From Spirochaetia bacterium (lineage in GTDB: Bacteria; Spirochaetota; Spirochaetia; SZUA-6; Bin103): DNA of 64,000 nt. Made by a program: the position numbers and the translations under genes. The stretch is taken from contig CBDATQ010000001.1 of the NCBI GenBank assembly GCA_965199955.1, positions 1,376,001 through 1,440,000 of the forward strand. The letters run 5' to 3'. Each line of letters starts with the position of its first letter. Within the stretch, counting starts at the first letter, position 1. Shown in pieces: positions 27,891 through 36,470 of the stretch. Under the pieces are notes generated by a model. The model searched no databases and was not told where the DNA came from. It was given only the letters and a program-made list of their open reading frames with translations.

Positions 27891-29078
27891 ATGAAGATCA
27901 CCGCGGTACGGACGTACAAGTTCAGTGTCGCCACCGGGCAGCAGGTCCGCGACCCGGTGACGGGGGAGGCGATCGCCAGCACCGAGAAGGGATGGCTGCT
28001 GCTGAAGCTGGAGACCGATGACGGCATGAGCGGCTGGGGCGACGGGACGGCCGAGTGGCTGATCGAGCCGGTGGAAGCGCAGATCCACGCCTGGCGCGAG
28101 CTGCTGCTCGGCGCCGACCCGCTGCACGTGATCGCCCTCACCGAGGACCTGACCGACCGGGTGCCCTGGAAGGGGGGAGCGGTGTACGGCACCGCCGCCG
28201 CGGCGGTGAACATGGCGCTGTACGACCTGGCCGGCAAGGCGTGGGGCGTGCCGGTGAGCACCGTGCTCGGCGGGCGGCGCCGCGAGCGGGTGCGCGTGTA
28301 CTCGAACGGGGGCAGCTTCGCCAACCCCGACGAAGCCGCCGCCACCGCCGTCGCCGCTCAGCGGAAGGGCTACGCCGGGATCAAGGGCAATCCCCTGGAG
28401 ACCCGCGCCACGCCGCTGGATCGGGCCGCCGTCGAGCACTCGGTGGCCTGCGCCCGGGCGATGCGCGAGGCGGCCGGCCCCGAGCTGGAGATCCTGCTCG
28501 ACACCCACGGCAGCCCGGTGCCGGAGCTGGCCATCGCCTTCGCCCATGCGGTCGCGCCGGTGCGCCCGCTGTTCATCGAGGAGCCGGTCAAGGCGGGCTC
28601 GGTCGCGGCGCTGGCCGAGGTAAGCGCGCGCAGCCCGGTGCCGATCGCCACCGGCGAGAAGCTGTTCACCGTGGCGCAGTTCAGGGAGCTGATCGACCGC
28701 CGGGCGTGCGCCATCCTGCAGCCCGACATCACCGAGTGCTTCGGCATTCACCAGATGCTTGTGATCGCGCGGCTGGCGGACGAGCAGCAGATGCTGATGG
28801 CGCCGCACAACGTCTGCGGCCCGGTGGGCCACGCGGCGGTCATGCACGCCGACGCGGCGATGCCCAACTTCCTGATCCAGGAGACCACGGCCAGCTTCTT
28901 CGAGCAGTTCGATCGCTTCGCAGAGCATCCGTTCCGCGTTGCGGAGGGTTACATGAACATCCCCGACGAGCCCGGTCTCGGGGTCACGGTCAAGGAAGCC
29001 GACATTGCGGACCTTTCTTACCGACCGACCGCGTTCCGCCAGTACCGCCATGCCGACGGGAGCTGGAAGGGCTGGTAG
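27891..29078 (+). CDS. Galactonate dehydratase-like enolase-superfamily enzyme
   Basis: MKITAV, ALYDLAGKAWG, LDTHG, FIEEP, ATGEKL, APHNVCGP. Confidence 0.92.
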   Translation: MKITAVRTYKFSVATGQQVRDPVTGEAIASTEKGWLLLKLETDDGMSGWGDGTAEWLIEPVEAQIHAWRELLLGADPLHVIALTEDLTDRVPWKGGAVYGTAAAAVNMALYDLAGKAWGVPVSTVLGGRRRERVRVYSNGGSFANPDEAAATAVAAQRKGYAGIKGNPLETRATPLDRAAVEHSVACARAMREAAGPELEILLDTHGSPVPELAIAFAHAVAPVRPLFIEEPVKAGSVAALAEVSARSPVPIATGEKLFTVAQFRELIDRRACAILQPDITECFGIHQMLVIARLADEQQMLMAPHNVCGPVGHAAVMHADAAMPNFLIQETTASFFEQFDRFAEHPFRVAEGYMNIPDEPGLGVTVKEADIADLSYRPTAFRQYRHADGSWKGW

Positions 29079-29100
29079 GTGCCGCTCTCCTGGGCCGCCG

Positions 29101-30180
29101 TCAACTCAGGCCGAGCCGTCCCATCACGTCGCCCTGCAGCGAGCCGCGCAGGTCGAGCTCCTCGGCGAGGTGACAGGCGACCATGCGGTCTCCAAGCGGG
29201 CGCAACTCGGGCACCTCCGCCTCGCAGCGCTGCTGCCGATAGGGGCAGCGCGGATGGAACGGGCATCCGCTCGGCTTGTTGAGGGGTGAGGGCACCTGGC
29301 CTTCCAGGATGACACGCTCCACCTTGCGCTTGGGGTCGGGTTGCGGAATCGCCGTGAGCAGCGCCTCCGAGTAGGGGTGCCGCGGCTCGCGGAACAGCTC
29401 CGTGGTGGCGCCGACCTCGACCAGGTTGCCCAAGTACATCACCCCCATGCGGTCGCTGATGTGGGAGAGCACCGACAGGTCGTGGGCGATGAAGAGCATG
29501 GTCAGCCCCAGCCTGTCGCGCAGGTCCTCGATCAGGTTGAGGATCTGCCCCTGGATCGACATGTCCAGGGCGGAGACCGGTTCGTCGGCCAGGATCAGCT
29601 TCGGCTCCAGGGCCAGCGCGCGGGCGATGCCGACGCGCTGCTTCTGGCCGCCGGAGAGCTCGTGGGGGAAGCGGTTCAGGTGGCTGGAATCCAGGCCCAC
29701 CAGGCGCAGGAGCTCGTCCACCCGCTCGGCTATCGCGCGGCGCCCGCCCAGGCCGTGCACGACCAGCGGCTCTCCGACGATGTTCTTGATCGTGAAGCGC
29801 GGGTTCAGCGACGAGTCGGGATCCTGAAAGACGACCTGCAGGTCGCGGCGGACGGGCTTGGTCTCGCGGGCCGGCAGCGTGGCGAGGTCGAGCCAGCCCC
29901 CGGCGTCGCGATACTCCTCCAGGCGATCGGTCCTGAGCAGCACCCGGCCACCGTCGGGGTCCACCAGGCGGGCGATGCTGCGCACCACCGTGGTCTTGCC
30001 GCAGCCGCTCTCACCGGCCAGCGCGAAGGTTTCCTCCTTGTCCACCTCGAAGCTGACGCCGTCCACCGCCCGCACCTCGGCCACCTTGCGCTTCAGCAGG
30101 CCGGCGGTCACCGGGTAGTACTTGAACAGGTCCTCCACCCGCAGCAACGGTGCGGCGGCGGACGCGGTGTCCCGGCTCAT
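29101..30180 (-). CDS. Opp-type ABC ATP-binding protein (OppF-like)
   Basis: GESGCGKTT, LSGGQKQR, ADEPVSALD, GCPFHPRC. Confidence 0.95.
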   Translation of the reverse strand: MSRDTASAAAPLLRVEDLFKYYPVTAGLLKRKVAEVRAVDGVSFEVDKEETFALAGESGCGKTTVVRSIARLVDPDGGRVLLRTDRLEEYRDAGGWLDLATLPARETKPVRRDLQVVFQDPDSSLNPRFTIKNIVGEPLVVHGLGGRRAIAERVDELLRLVGLDSSHLNRFPHELSGGQKQRVGIARALALEPKLILADEPVSALDMSIQGQILNLIEDLRDRLGLTMLFIAHDLSVLSHISDRMGVMYLGNLVEVGATTELFREPRHPYSEALLTAIPQPDPKRKVERVILEGQVPSPLNKPSGCPFHPRCPYRQQRCEAEVPELRPLGDRMVACHLAEELDLRGSLQGDVMGRLGLS

Positions 30181-31226
30181 CGGGCCGCTCCGGCGGCCTC
30201 GGCCAACCCGGCTTCCTCGTGCAGCCAGCACTTGGACAGGTGGCCGGGAGCGGGACCGAAGTGCGGGGGATCCTGGTCGCAGACATCCCCGATGTACCGG
30301 TGGCAGCGGTAGCGGAAGCGGCAGCCCGAGAGCCGGGCATAGGGGTTGGGGACACTGCCGCGGATCGGCGCCAGGCGATGATGCTCGGCAGCGACGATGG
30401 GAATCGACTTGAGCAGCCCCTCGGTGTAGGGATGGGTGTGGCCGTAGAACACCTGGTCGGCGCTGCCTGCCTCCACGATCTGGCCCATGTACATGGTCAG
30501 CACGGTGTCGGCCATCTCTGCGATCAACCCCAAGTCGTGCGTGATGAACAGCACCGCCATGCCGAACTCCGCCTGCAGGCCCTGGATCAGGTCCATGATC
30601 TGCGCCTGAATCGTCACGTCCAGGCCGGTCGTGGGCTCGTCGGCGATCAGCAGCCTCGGGCGGCATGCCAGCGCCATGGCGATCATGGCGCGCTGGTTCA
30701 TGCCGCCGCTGAGCTCGAACGGGTACTGCTTGATGCGCCGCTCCGGGTCGCTGATGCCCACCCGGTCCAGCAGGTCGATGGTCTGAGACCGCGCTTCACC
30801 GCGGGTCATCTCCCGGTGCACGCGCAGCACCTCGCCGATCTGGTTGCCGACGGCGTGCACGGGGCTGAGTGCGGTCATCGGTTCCTGGAAGATCATGCTG
30901 ATCCGGTTGCCGCGGATGTCGCGGTACCGGTCGCCCTTGGGATCCAGGCTCACCAAGTCGATGGGCCGACCGTCCTCGTAGTAGTTGACCGTGCCGGTGA
31001 CACGCGCTGGCGGCATCGGCAGGATGCCCATGATGGCGCGTGCGGTCACGCTCTTGCCGCACCCCGATTCGCCCATCACGCCCAAGGTCTGGTGGCTGCG
31101 GACCTCGAAGCTGACCCCGTCCACGGCGCGCAGCAGGCCTTCGGTCAGCCGGAACTCCACCTGCAGGTCGCGGACCTCGATCAGCAGGTCGTCGGGTGCC
31201 GCATTACCAGAGCCGGCGGCCGGCAT
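30177..31226 (-). CDS. Opp-type ABC ATP-binding protein (OppD-like)
   Basis: GESGCGKS, LSGGMNQR, IADEPTTGLD, GCRFRYRC. Confidence 0.95.
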   Translation of the reverse strand: MPAAGSGNAAPDDLLIEVRDLQVEFRLTEGLLRAVDGVSFEVRSHQTLGVMGESGCGKSVTARAIMGILPMPPARVTGTVNYYEDGRPIDLVSLDPKGDRYRDIRGNRISMIFQEPMTALSPVHAVGNQIGEVLRVHREMTRGEARSQTIDLLDRVGISDPERRIKQYPFELSGGMNQRAMIAMALACRPRLLIADEPTTGLDVTIQAQIMDLIQGLQAEFGMAVLFITHDLGLIAEMADTVLTMYMGQIVEAGSADQVFYGHTHPYTEGLLKSIPIVAAEHHRLAPIRGSVPNPYARLSGCRFRYRCHRYIGDVCDQDPPHFGPAPGHLSKCWLHEEAGLAEAAGAAR

Positions 31227-31241
31227 GCTGGGGATGCTACC

Positions 31242-32342
31242 TCAGCCCACGTCGCCGCGCCAAGCGGGCTCCTCCTCCTGCTCCACGTAGAACACGCCTT
31301 CGATATCACGCTCGCCGACCGCGGGCAAAGGCTGGTTGTGGTGCACGACCAGGATACGGTCGTCGTCGGCGTACGCGAAGCTGGGATAGCCCTGTCCCAT
31401 GGCATGGAACTGCATCAGGAACGACAGGTACATGGCGCCGCCCCAGATGTGGGTCTCGCCGCTCCAGTCCAGCCCATCCTCCTTGACGTAACAGAAGGCG
31501 ACGCTGCCGATGTGCATCTGGTCCATCTCGGCGACGTGCCGGTAGCCGCAGATGACCGTGCCGGTCCGCGTCAGGAACAGCGACGGGGAGTGGCCGTAGC
31601 GGGGATCGGACCAGCCCACCATCTCGTGGCTGCTCCAGGTGGCGCCGTTGTCGTCACTCCAGTTGCAGAACAACGGCCCGACCCCGTGCCCGTGAGTGTT
31701 GGAGGGATCGCGGTTGACGCACAGGATGCGGCCGGAGGGAAGCTGCAGGAAGTCGGCCTCGTCCCCGGAGTAGCGGTCGCAGGCGGCGGTCACGTAGCCG
31801 TCCCAGGTGTCGCCGCCGTCGAGCGAAGTGAGGTATCCATGGCGGCCGAAACGGTCGCCTTCGTGCCGGCCGATGATCGGCAGGATGACCGTCCCGTCGT
31901 GCAGGGTGCGGATCTTGCCGTAGGAGATCGCCGACGACCACCCTGATGCCGGACCCGGCCCCGGTACCACGACGATGGGCTCCGTCCAGGTGTGCCCCTG
32001 ATCCACCGACTTGCGCACGCACACGGTGCGGTTGTAGACGCCGCTGTAGCTGGCTCCATACACGTTGTAGGGCAGCAGGATGGTGCCGTCGGCACGTTGC
32101 GCCATGCCGTGATGGCCGTAGAACTGTTCGTCCGTTCGCTCGGCCGAGGCGCCGTAGGCGAAGGTGTGCTCCTTGCGCCACGTCCGGCCGGAGTCGGTCG
32201 AGCGGGTCAAGCTGATGCAAGACTTGCCGTGGGTGTCGTCCCGGTATGCCACCAGCAGGTCGCCGTTGCTCAGGCGTTCGAGGGAGGGACAGCTCCCTCC
32301 TTCCGCAACGATGACGCGCCCGTCGCGGTCAAGTGCTCCCAT
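31242..32342 (-). CDS. Asp-box (BNR) sialidase-family protein
   Basis: STDSGRTW, SVDQGHTW, SLDGGDTW, SDDNGATW, GYPS; GAGGAG RBS. Confidence 0.88.
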   Translation of the reverse strand: MGALDRDGRVIVAEGGSCPSLERLSNGDLLVAYRDDTHGKSCISLTRSTDSGRTWRKEHTFAYGASAERTDEQFYGHHGMAQRADGTILLPYNVYGASYSGVYNRTVCVRKSVDQGHTWTEPIVVVPGPGPASGWSSAISYGKIRTLHDGTVILPIIGRHEGDRFGRHGYLTSLDGGDTWDGYVTAACDRYSGDEADFLQLPSGRILCVNRDPSNTHGHGVGPLFCNWSDDNGATWSSHEMVGWSDPRYGHSPSLFLTRTGTVICGYRHVAEMDQMHIGSVAFCYVKEDGLDWSGETHIWGGAMYLSFLMQFHAMGQGYPSFAYADDDRILVVHHNQPLPAVGERDIEGVFYVEQEEEPAWRGDVG

Positions 32343-32413
32343 GGATTCTCCTCCCCGAGGCCGGTCACTCTGTTCGCAGGAACGCTCGATGGCAAGCCCT
32401 CAACACGAGCGAC

Positions 32414-32442
32414 GTTGACAGCGCACGCCACAAGTGTTGCAC
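32414..32442 (+). promoter_or_regulatory. Putative sigma70 promoter for the family-5 binding protein
   Basis: TTGACA at 32414, 17-nt spacer containing TG, then TGCACT. Confidence 0.45.
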
Positions 32443-32469
32443 TGGCAGCATTATTCGAGGAGGTCGGTC

Positions 32470-34470
32470 ATGAATCTACTGAACCGAAAACGCTTCCGCG
32501 CGTCGCATTGCCTGGCACTGCTGGCATGTCTGTTCCTCTGTGGCACGGTCATGACGGCGACGGGCGCCGACATCGTGCCGATGATCACGCCGGACAGCCC
32601 GATGGCGAGCTACAGCGAGTCGCCGGTGCTGGCGGCCAAGGTCGCCGCCGGGGAGCTTCCCCCGGTCGAGGAGCGGCTGCCCGACTTGCCCCCGGTTGAG
32701 CAGGCATTCGAAGCGGTCGGCAAGTACGGAGGCACGCTGCGCCACATCGAGGCGCTGTACACCAGCTTCGGCAGCATCACCCGCTACATGAACGAAGGGC
32801 TGATCGACGTCAGCGTTCCGTCAGGCACCCACCGCTACCCGAACCTCGCCGAGAGTATCGAGTGGAGCGACGATCTGACGACCTACACCATCCATCTGCG
32901 GAAGGGCCTGAAGTGGTCGGACGGTGAGGAATTCACCGCCGAGGACGTGATGTTCAAGTGGGAAGACATCAGGCTCTATTCTCCCGACCCGGACGCGACC
33001 CCGCTGTCGGTGGCGCCTTCCGACTTCATCATCGGCGGGGAGCTCGCCGAGTTCACGATGGTCGACGACTACACGATCGTGATCAAGTTCGCGGCACCGT
33101 ACGCGAACTACCACAAGAACATCGGCTGGAACTATCTCGATCCGGAGCCCGCCCACTACCTGAAACCGTTCCATCCGAAGTACAACGAGGAGCTGGGCGA
33201 CCCGACCGAGGCGTGGCAGGACTTCAACACCGTGCACCGCGCCGGCACCAACACCGAGCGCCCCACCCTCGGGCCCTGGGTTCCCGAGACGGTGAAGGAA
33301 GGCGAGCTGATGGTCATGGTGCGCAACCCCTACTACTGGAAGGTGGACGAGGAGGGCAAGCAGCTCCCCTACACCGACGAGTTGCACGTGACCTACGTCA
33401 AGGACAAGGAGGTGGAGAAGCTGCAGCTCGCCGCGGGCGAGTACGACTGGCATGCCATGGGGCCGCCGGTGGACGCGGTGCTGTTCCAGCAGCAGGCCAA
33501 CGGCAACTACCGTCTGGTCACGCCGCCCGGGTGGCACAACTACTGGGTCTTCATCAAGCGCAAGCTGGCGTGGATCACCAACGCGCTCGAGAATCCCGTG
33601 AACGAGAACGACGACAAGCTCGCCGCGTTGCTGCTGAACGATGACTTCCTGCAGGCGCTGCAGCTCGGCATCGACAACGAGCAGCTCATGCGTGCCTACA
33701 CCACGCCAGAGCTGTACGATTTCCGCGCAACGCTGGTGGGGCGGCCGCGGCTCGATCCCAACAAGCCGATCGGCCAGAGCGCCGACCCGCGCGTGCAGGC
33801 GATGTGGGACCACCTGGAGCAGTGGACGCGCTACGACCTGGACGAGGCAAACCAGATGCTGGACGATCTCGGTCTGGCGGTCGGCGACGACGGCTTCCGA
33901 GAGTATGCGGACGGCGGTCGCATCGAGCTGAATATCGGGATCTTCTCCGACTCCGGAGTCCGCGGCGAGGTGGTCACCGCCCAGTGCCAGAACTGGGAGC
34001 GGGACCTCAAGATCAAGACGTTCTGCATCCAGAAGACCTGGAGCGAAGGCGTGCGGCCGTGGTGGCTCGGCAGCGAGTTGCCGCTGATCGAGTCGGCCTC
34101 CGGCCACTGGTTCTGGGGCACCGACGCCCTGTATCTGCACGCCCTCTACCAGTACGAGATACGCGACTGGCTCGAGACGGTGGGCAAGGATGGCGTGGCG
34201 CCGCCCGAGCCCTACCGCGAGGGGCTGCTGGAGCTGAAGCGGCTGGCCGACGCGTCGGCGCAGTCGATCGATCCGGACGAGCGCATGGAGCTGGCGATCC
34301 AGGCCACGGAGCTGGTGGTGCTGAACAACCTGGACGGCACCGAGCTGACCTTCGGCGGCGCATCCAGCTTCCACTACGTCCACAACCGGATCCGCAATAA
34401 TCCGGTCGGCTACAACGCCTGGGGCATTCGCCGCTGGCTGCGCATGGAGCAGTGGTGGATCGACGAGTAG
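32470..34470 (+). CDS. ABC substrate-binding protein, family 5 (OppA-like, probable oligosaccharide-binding subtype)
   Basis: Signal peptide, GELPPVEERLP, GKYGGTL, LRKGLKWSDG, RNPYYWKVD..QLPY; GGAGG RBS. Confidence 0.93.
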   Translation: MNLLNRKRFRASHCLALLACLFLCGTVMTATGADIVPMITPDSPMASYSESPVLAAKVAAGELPPVEERLPDLPPVEQAFEAVGKYGGTLRHIEALYTSFGSITRYMNEGLIDVSVPSGTHRYPNLAESIEWSDDLTTYTIHLRKGLKWSDGEEFTAEDVMFKWEDIRLYSPDPDATPLSVAPSDFIIGGELAEFTMVDDYTIVIKFAAPYANYHKNIGWNYLDPEPAHYLKPFHPKYNEELGDPTEAWQDFNTVHRAGTNTERPTLGPWVPETVKEGELMVMVRNPYYWKVDEEGKQLPYTDELHVTYVKDKEVEKLQLAAGEYDWHAMGPPVDAVLFQQQANGNYRLVTPPGWHNYWVFIKRKLAWITNALENPVNENDDKLAALLLNDDFLQALQLGIDNEQLMRAYTTPELYDFRATLVGRPRLDPNKPIGQSADPRVQAMWDHLEQWTRYDLDEANQMLDDLGLAVGDDGFREYADGGRIELNIGIFSDSGVRGEVVTAQCQNWERDLKIKTFCIQKTWSEGVRPWWLGSELPLIESASGHWFWGTDALYLHALYQYEIRDWLETVGKDGVAPPEPYREGLLELKRLADASAQSIDPDERMELAIQATELVVLNNLDGTELTFGGASSFHYVHNRIRNNPVGYNAWGIRRWLRMEQWWIDE

Positions 34471-34492
34471 CGGGATAGCCTTCCCGGACCGC

Positions 34493-34523
34493 GTGAGCCC
34501 CCGGCGTTGTGTCGGGGGCTCAC
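34493..34523 (+). terminator. GC-rich stem-loop after the binding-protein gene
   Basis: GTGAGCCCCCGGC-GTTGT-GTCGGGGGCTCAC; no strong U-tract. Confidence 0.6.
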
Positions 34524-34581
34524 TCATTGGGCGCGCCCACATGGACCGGACGTTCCCGACACGAGGCCGTTCACTGTGTTG

Positions 34582-35089
34582 GTGCGTGGTCTTACCGACG
34601 CCGCTCGCCTCGGCAGGCTCATGGAAGGGATCGGCGGCGGATGCCGGGGCAGCGGCCGAATCTATCTGGTCGGAGGCGCGTGCGCGATACTGGTCGGCTG
34701 GCGTGCCACGACCGTGGACGTCGATCTGAAACTCGATCCCGAGCCCGCCGGCGCATTCGAGGCGATCGCCGGACTCAAGGATGCGCTGGACGTCAACGTC
34801 GAATTGGCCGCTCCCCGGATGGCGGGAACGCAGCCCGTTCGTCGTGCGCCATGGTGGCGTGTCGTTTCATCATTACGACTTCTACTCCCAGGCGCTCGCC
34901 AAGATCGAACGCGGCCACGCCCAGGATCTGCGCGACGTCGCGGCGATGCGCGATCGCAGACTGATCGAGCCGGCAACGCTGCGGCGCCTGTTCGATTCGA
35001 TCCAGGGAGCGCTTGTCCGCTATCCCGCCCTGGATCCCGAGTCGTTTCGGGGAAAGGTCGAACGCGCCATCGCGGAGTGGAACGCATGA
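34582..35089 (+). pseudogene. DUF6036-like nucleotidyltransferase, broken at ~34810
   Basis: YLVGGACAILVGWRATTVDVDLK (GG..DxD motif), then PLPGWRERS..YDFYSQALAKIERGH.QD in the +1 frame. Confidence 0.75.
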
Positions 35090-35391
35090 CCGGCGACCAC
35101 CGTCTGCCAGGAGCCGACATCGTCGCCGAGGGCGTGCGAGCGCACCTGCGCGGCGAGACGACAACGGAATCCCTGCTGGTCGCGATCGGTGCCCCGCGGC
35201 TGAAGAGCTTGGGTCACGACCTGCCTGAGCGATCCACGCTGTGCGAACGACCGGAGATCGAGCTCTATCTCCTGCTTCGCGAGCGCTACGGCCGGGATGC
35301 TCACCAGCGCTACAACGCTCTCGTTCGCAGTCTCGTGAGCTACGAGCGAGCAGCCGAGCGAATTCAGTCGGCACGAATGCGCGCCGGCTGA
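35086..35391 (+). CDS. Small helical hypothetical protein, partner of the nucleotidyltransferase
   Basis: ATGA overlap with the upstream stop; LPGAD..ESLLVAIGAPRL..YNALVRSLVSYERA. Confidence 0.7.
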   Translation: MTGDHRLPGADIVAEGVRAHLRGETTTESLLVAIGAPRLKSLGHDLPERSTLCERPEIELYLLLRERYGRDAHQRYNALVRSLVSYERAAERIQSARMRAG

Positions 35392-35404
35392 GAGGTTCGG
35401 CGGC

Positions 35405-36418
35405 TTACCGGGAGAGCAGGCCCAGTCCCCGCAGATCGGCGACCACGCCGCGCTGCTCGGCCTCGTAGAGCCTCCAGATGACGCGCAGGCTCTGCAGGCC
35501 GGCCTCGCCGCCGGTCATCGGCGTGTGGCCGCGTTCGATGCAGTCGAGGAAGTGGGCCATCTCGTTCTCGGTATGCTTGCCGGCTCCGACCTCGCTTTCC
35601 ATCAGGAGCTTCCGTTCGCCGCGGGCGTGGGCCAGCAGGCGATGGCCGCTGACGTCCGCCTCGAGCATGCCCTCGGTGCAGTGGGCGTGGATGGAATAGC
35701 GCAGCCGGGTGCCGCGCGCGCCCCAGGTGCCGAAGTGGTAGCCCAGCCGGCCGCCGTCGAACTCCATGGTCACGTTGGAGGTGCCCTCGCGCTCCATCCA
35801 CGGCGTGCCCGTATTGGTGCCCAGGTGGGTGCCGCTGACCGGCTCTCCGAGGAACCAGAGCAGGAGGTCGACGTAGTGGCAGCCGTGGCTGAAGAGCTGG
35901 CCGCCGCCCAGCGTCTCCGCCCGGCTCCCCCAGTGACCCGGAGGATAGCGGGTCATCTGCTCGGTCCAGATGCTCACCTGGAACACGTCGCCGAAACTCT
36001 GCCGGTCGAGCTCGTCCTTCATGGCCGCCACCACGGGATGGAAGCGCATGCAATAGGCGATCATCAGGACGCGGTCGATGCGGGCCGCGGTGGCGATGAG
36101 GTCCAGGCACTCCTCTTCGCTGTTCGCCATCGGCTTCTCCAGGAGCACGTGCTTGCCGGCTTCCAGGCACTCCCTGGCGACCGGGTGGTGCAGGTGGTGC
36201 GGCAGCACGACGAGCACGGCGTCCACCTGGTCGAGGACGGAGCGGTAGTCGGTGGCGACCCGTACGTCCGGGAGATGCTCGTGGACCTGACGTGCCTTGG
36301 CCTCGTCGACGTCGACGGCCGCCACGAGCTGCAACCGGTCGCGGAGCAGGTGAAAGCGCCGCACGTGCGCGGCGGACATGCCGCCGCAGCCGATCAGGGC
36401 GAGCTTGACGCGAGCCAC
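35405..36418 (-). CDS. Gfo/Idh/MocA oxidoreductase
   Basis: ALIGCGGM, HVLLEKPMA, SHGCHYVD. Confidence 0.93.
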   Translation of the reverse strand: MARVKLALIGCGGMSAAHVRRFHLLRDRLQLVAAVDVDEAKARQVHEHLPDVRVATDYRSVLDQVDAVLVVLPHHLHHPVARECLEAGKHVLLEKPMANSEEECLDLIATAARIDRVLMIAYCMRFHPVVAAMKDELDRQSFGDVFQVSIWTEQMTRYPPGHWGSRAETLGGGQLFSHGCHYVDLLLWFLGEPVSGTHLGTNTGTPWMEREGTSNVTMEFDGGRLGYHFGTWGARGTRLRYSIHAHCTEGMLEADVSGHRLLAHARGERKLLMESEVGAGKHTENEMAHFLDCIERGHTPMTGGEAGLQSLRVIWRLYEAEQRGVVADLRGLGLLSR

Positions 36419-36470
36419 ACGTCATGGTGGTCGAGGGAGTGGGCGATGTCGATGCACTATCGAGGGCGTC

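Noticed and set aside
27012..29078. Long N-terminal extensions in the ORF track (also 2035, 8062, 15968, 24788, 44342, 49740)
   Set aside because: Extensions overlap neighbouring genes; internal starts with an RBS or stop/start coupling fit the family N-termini
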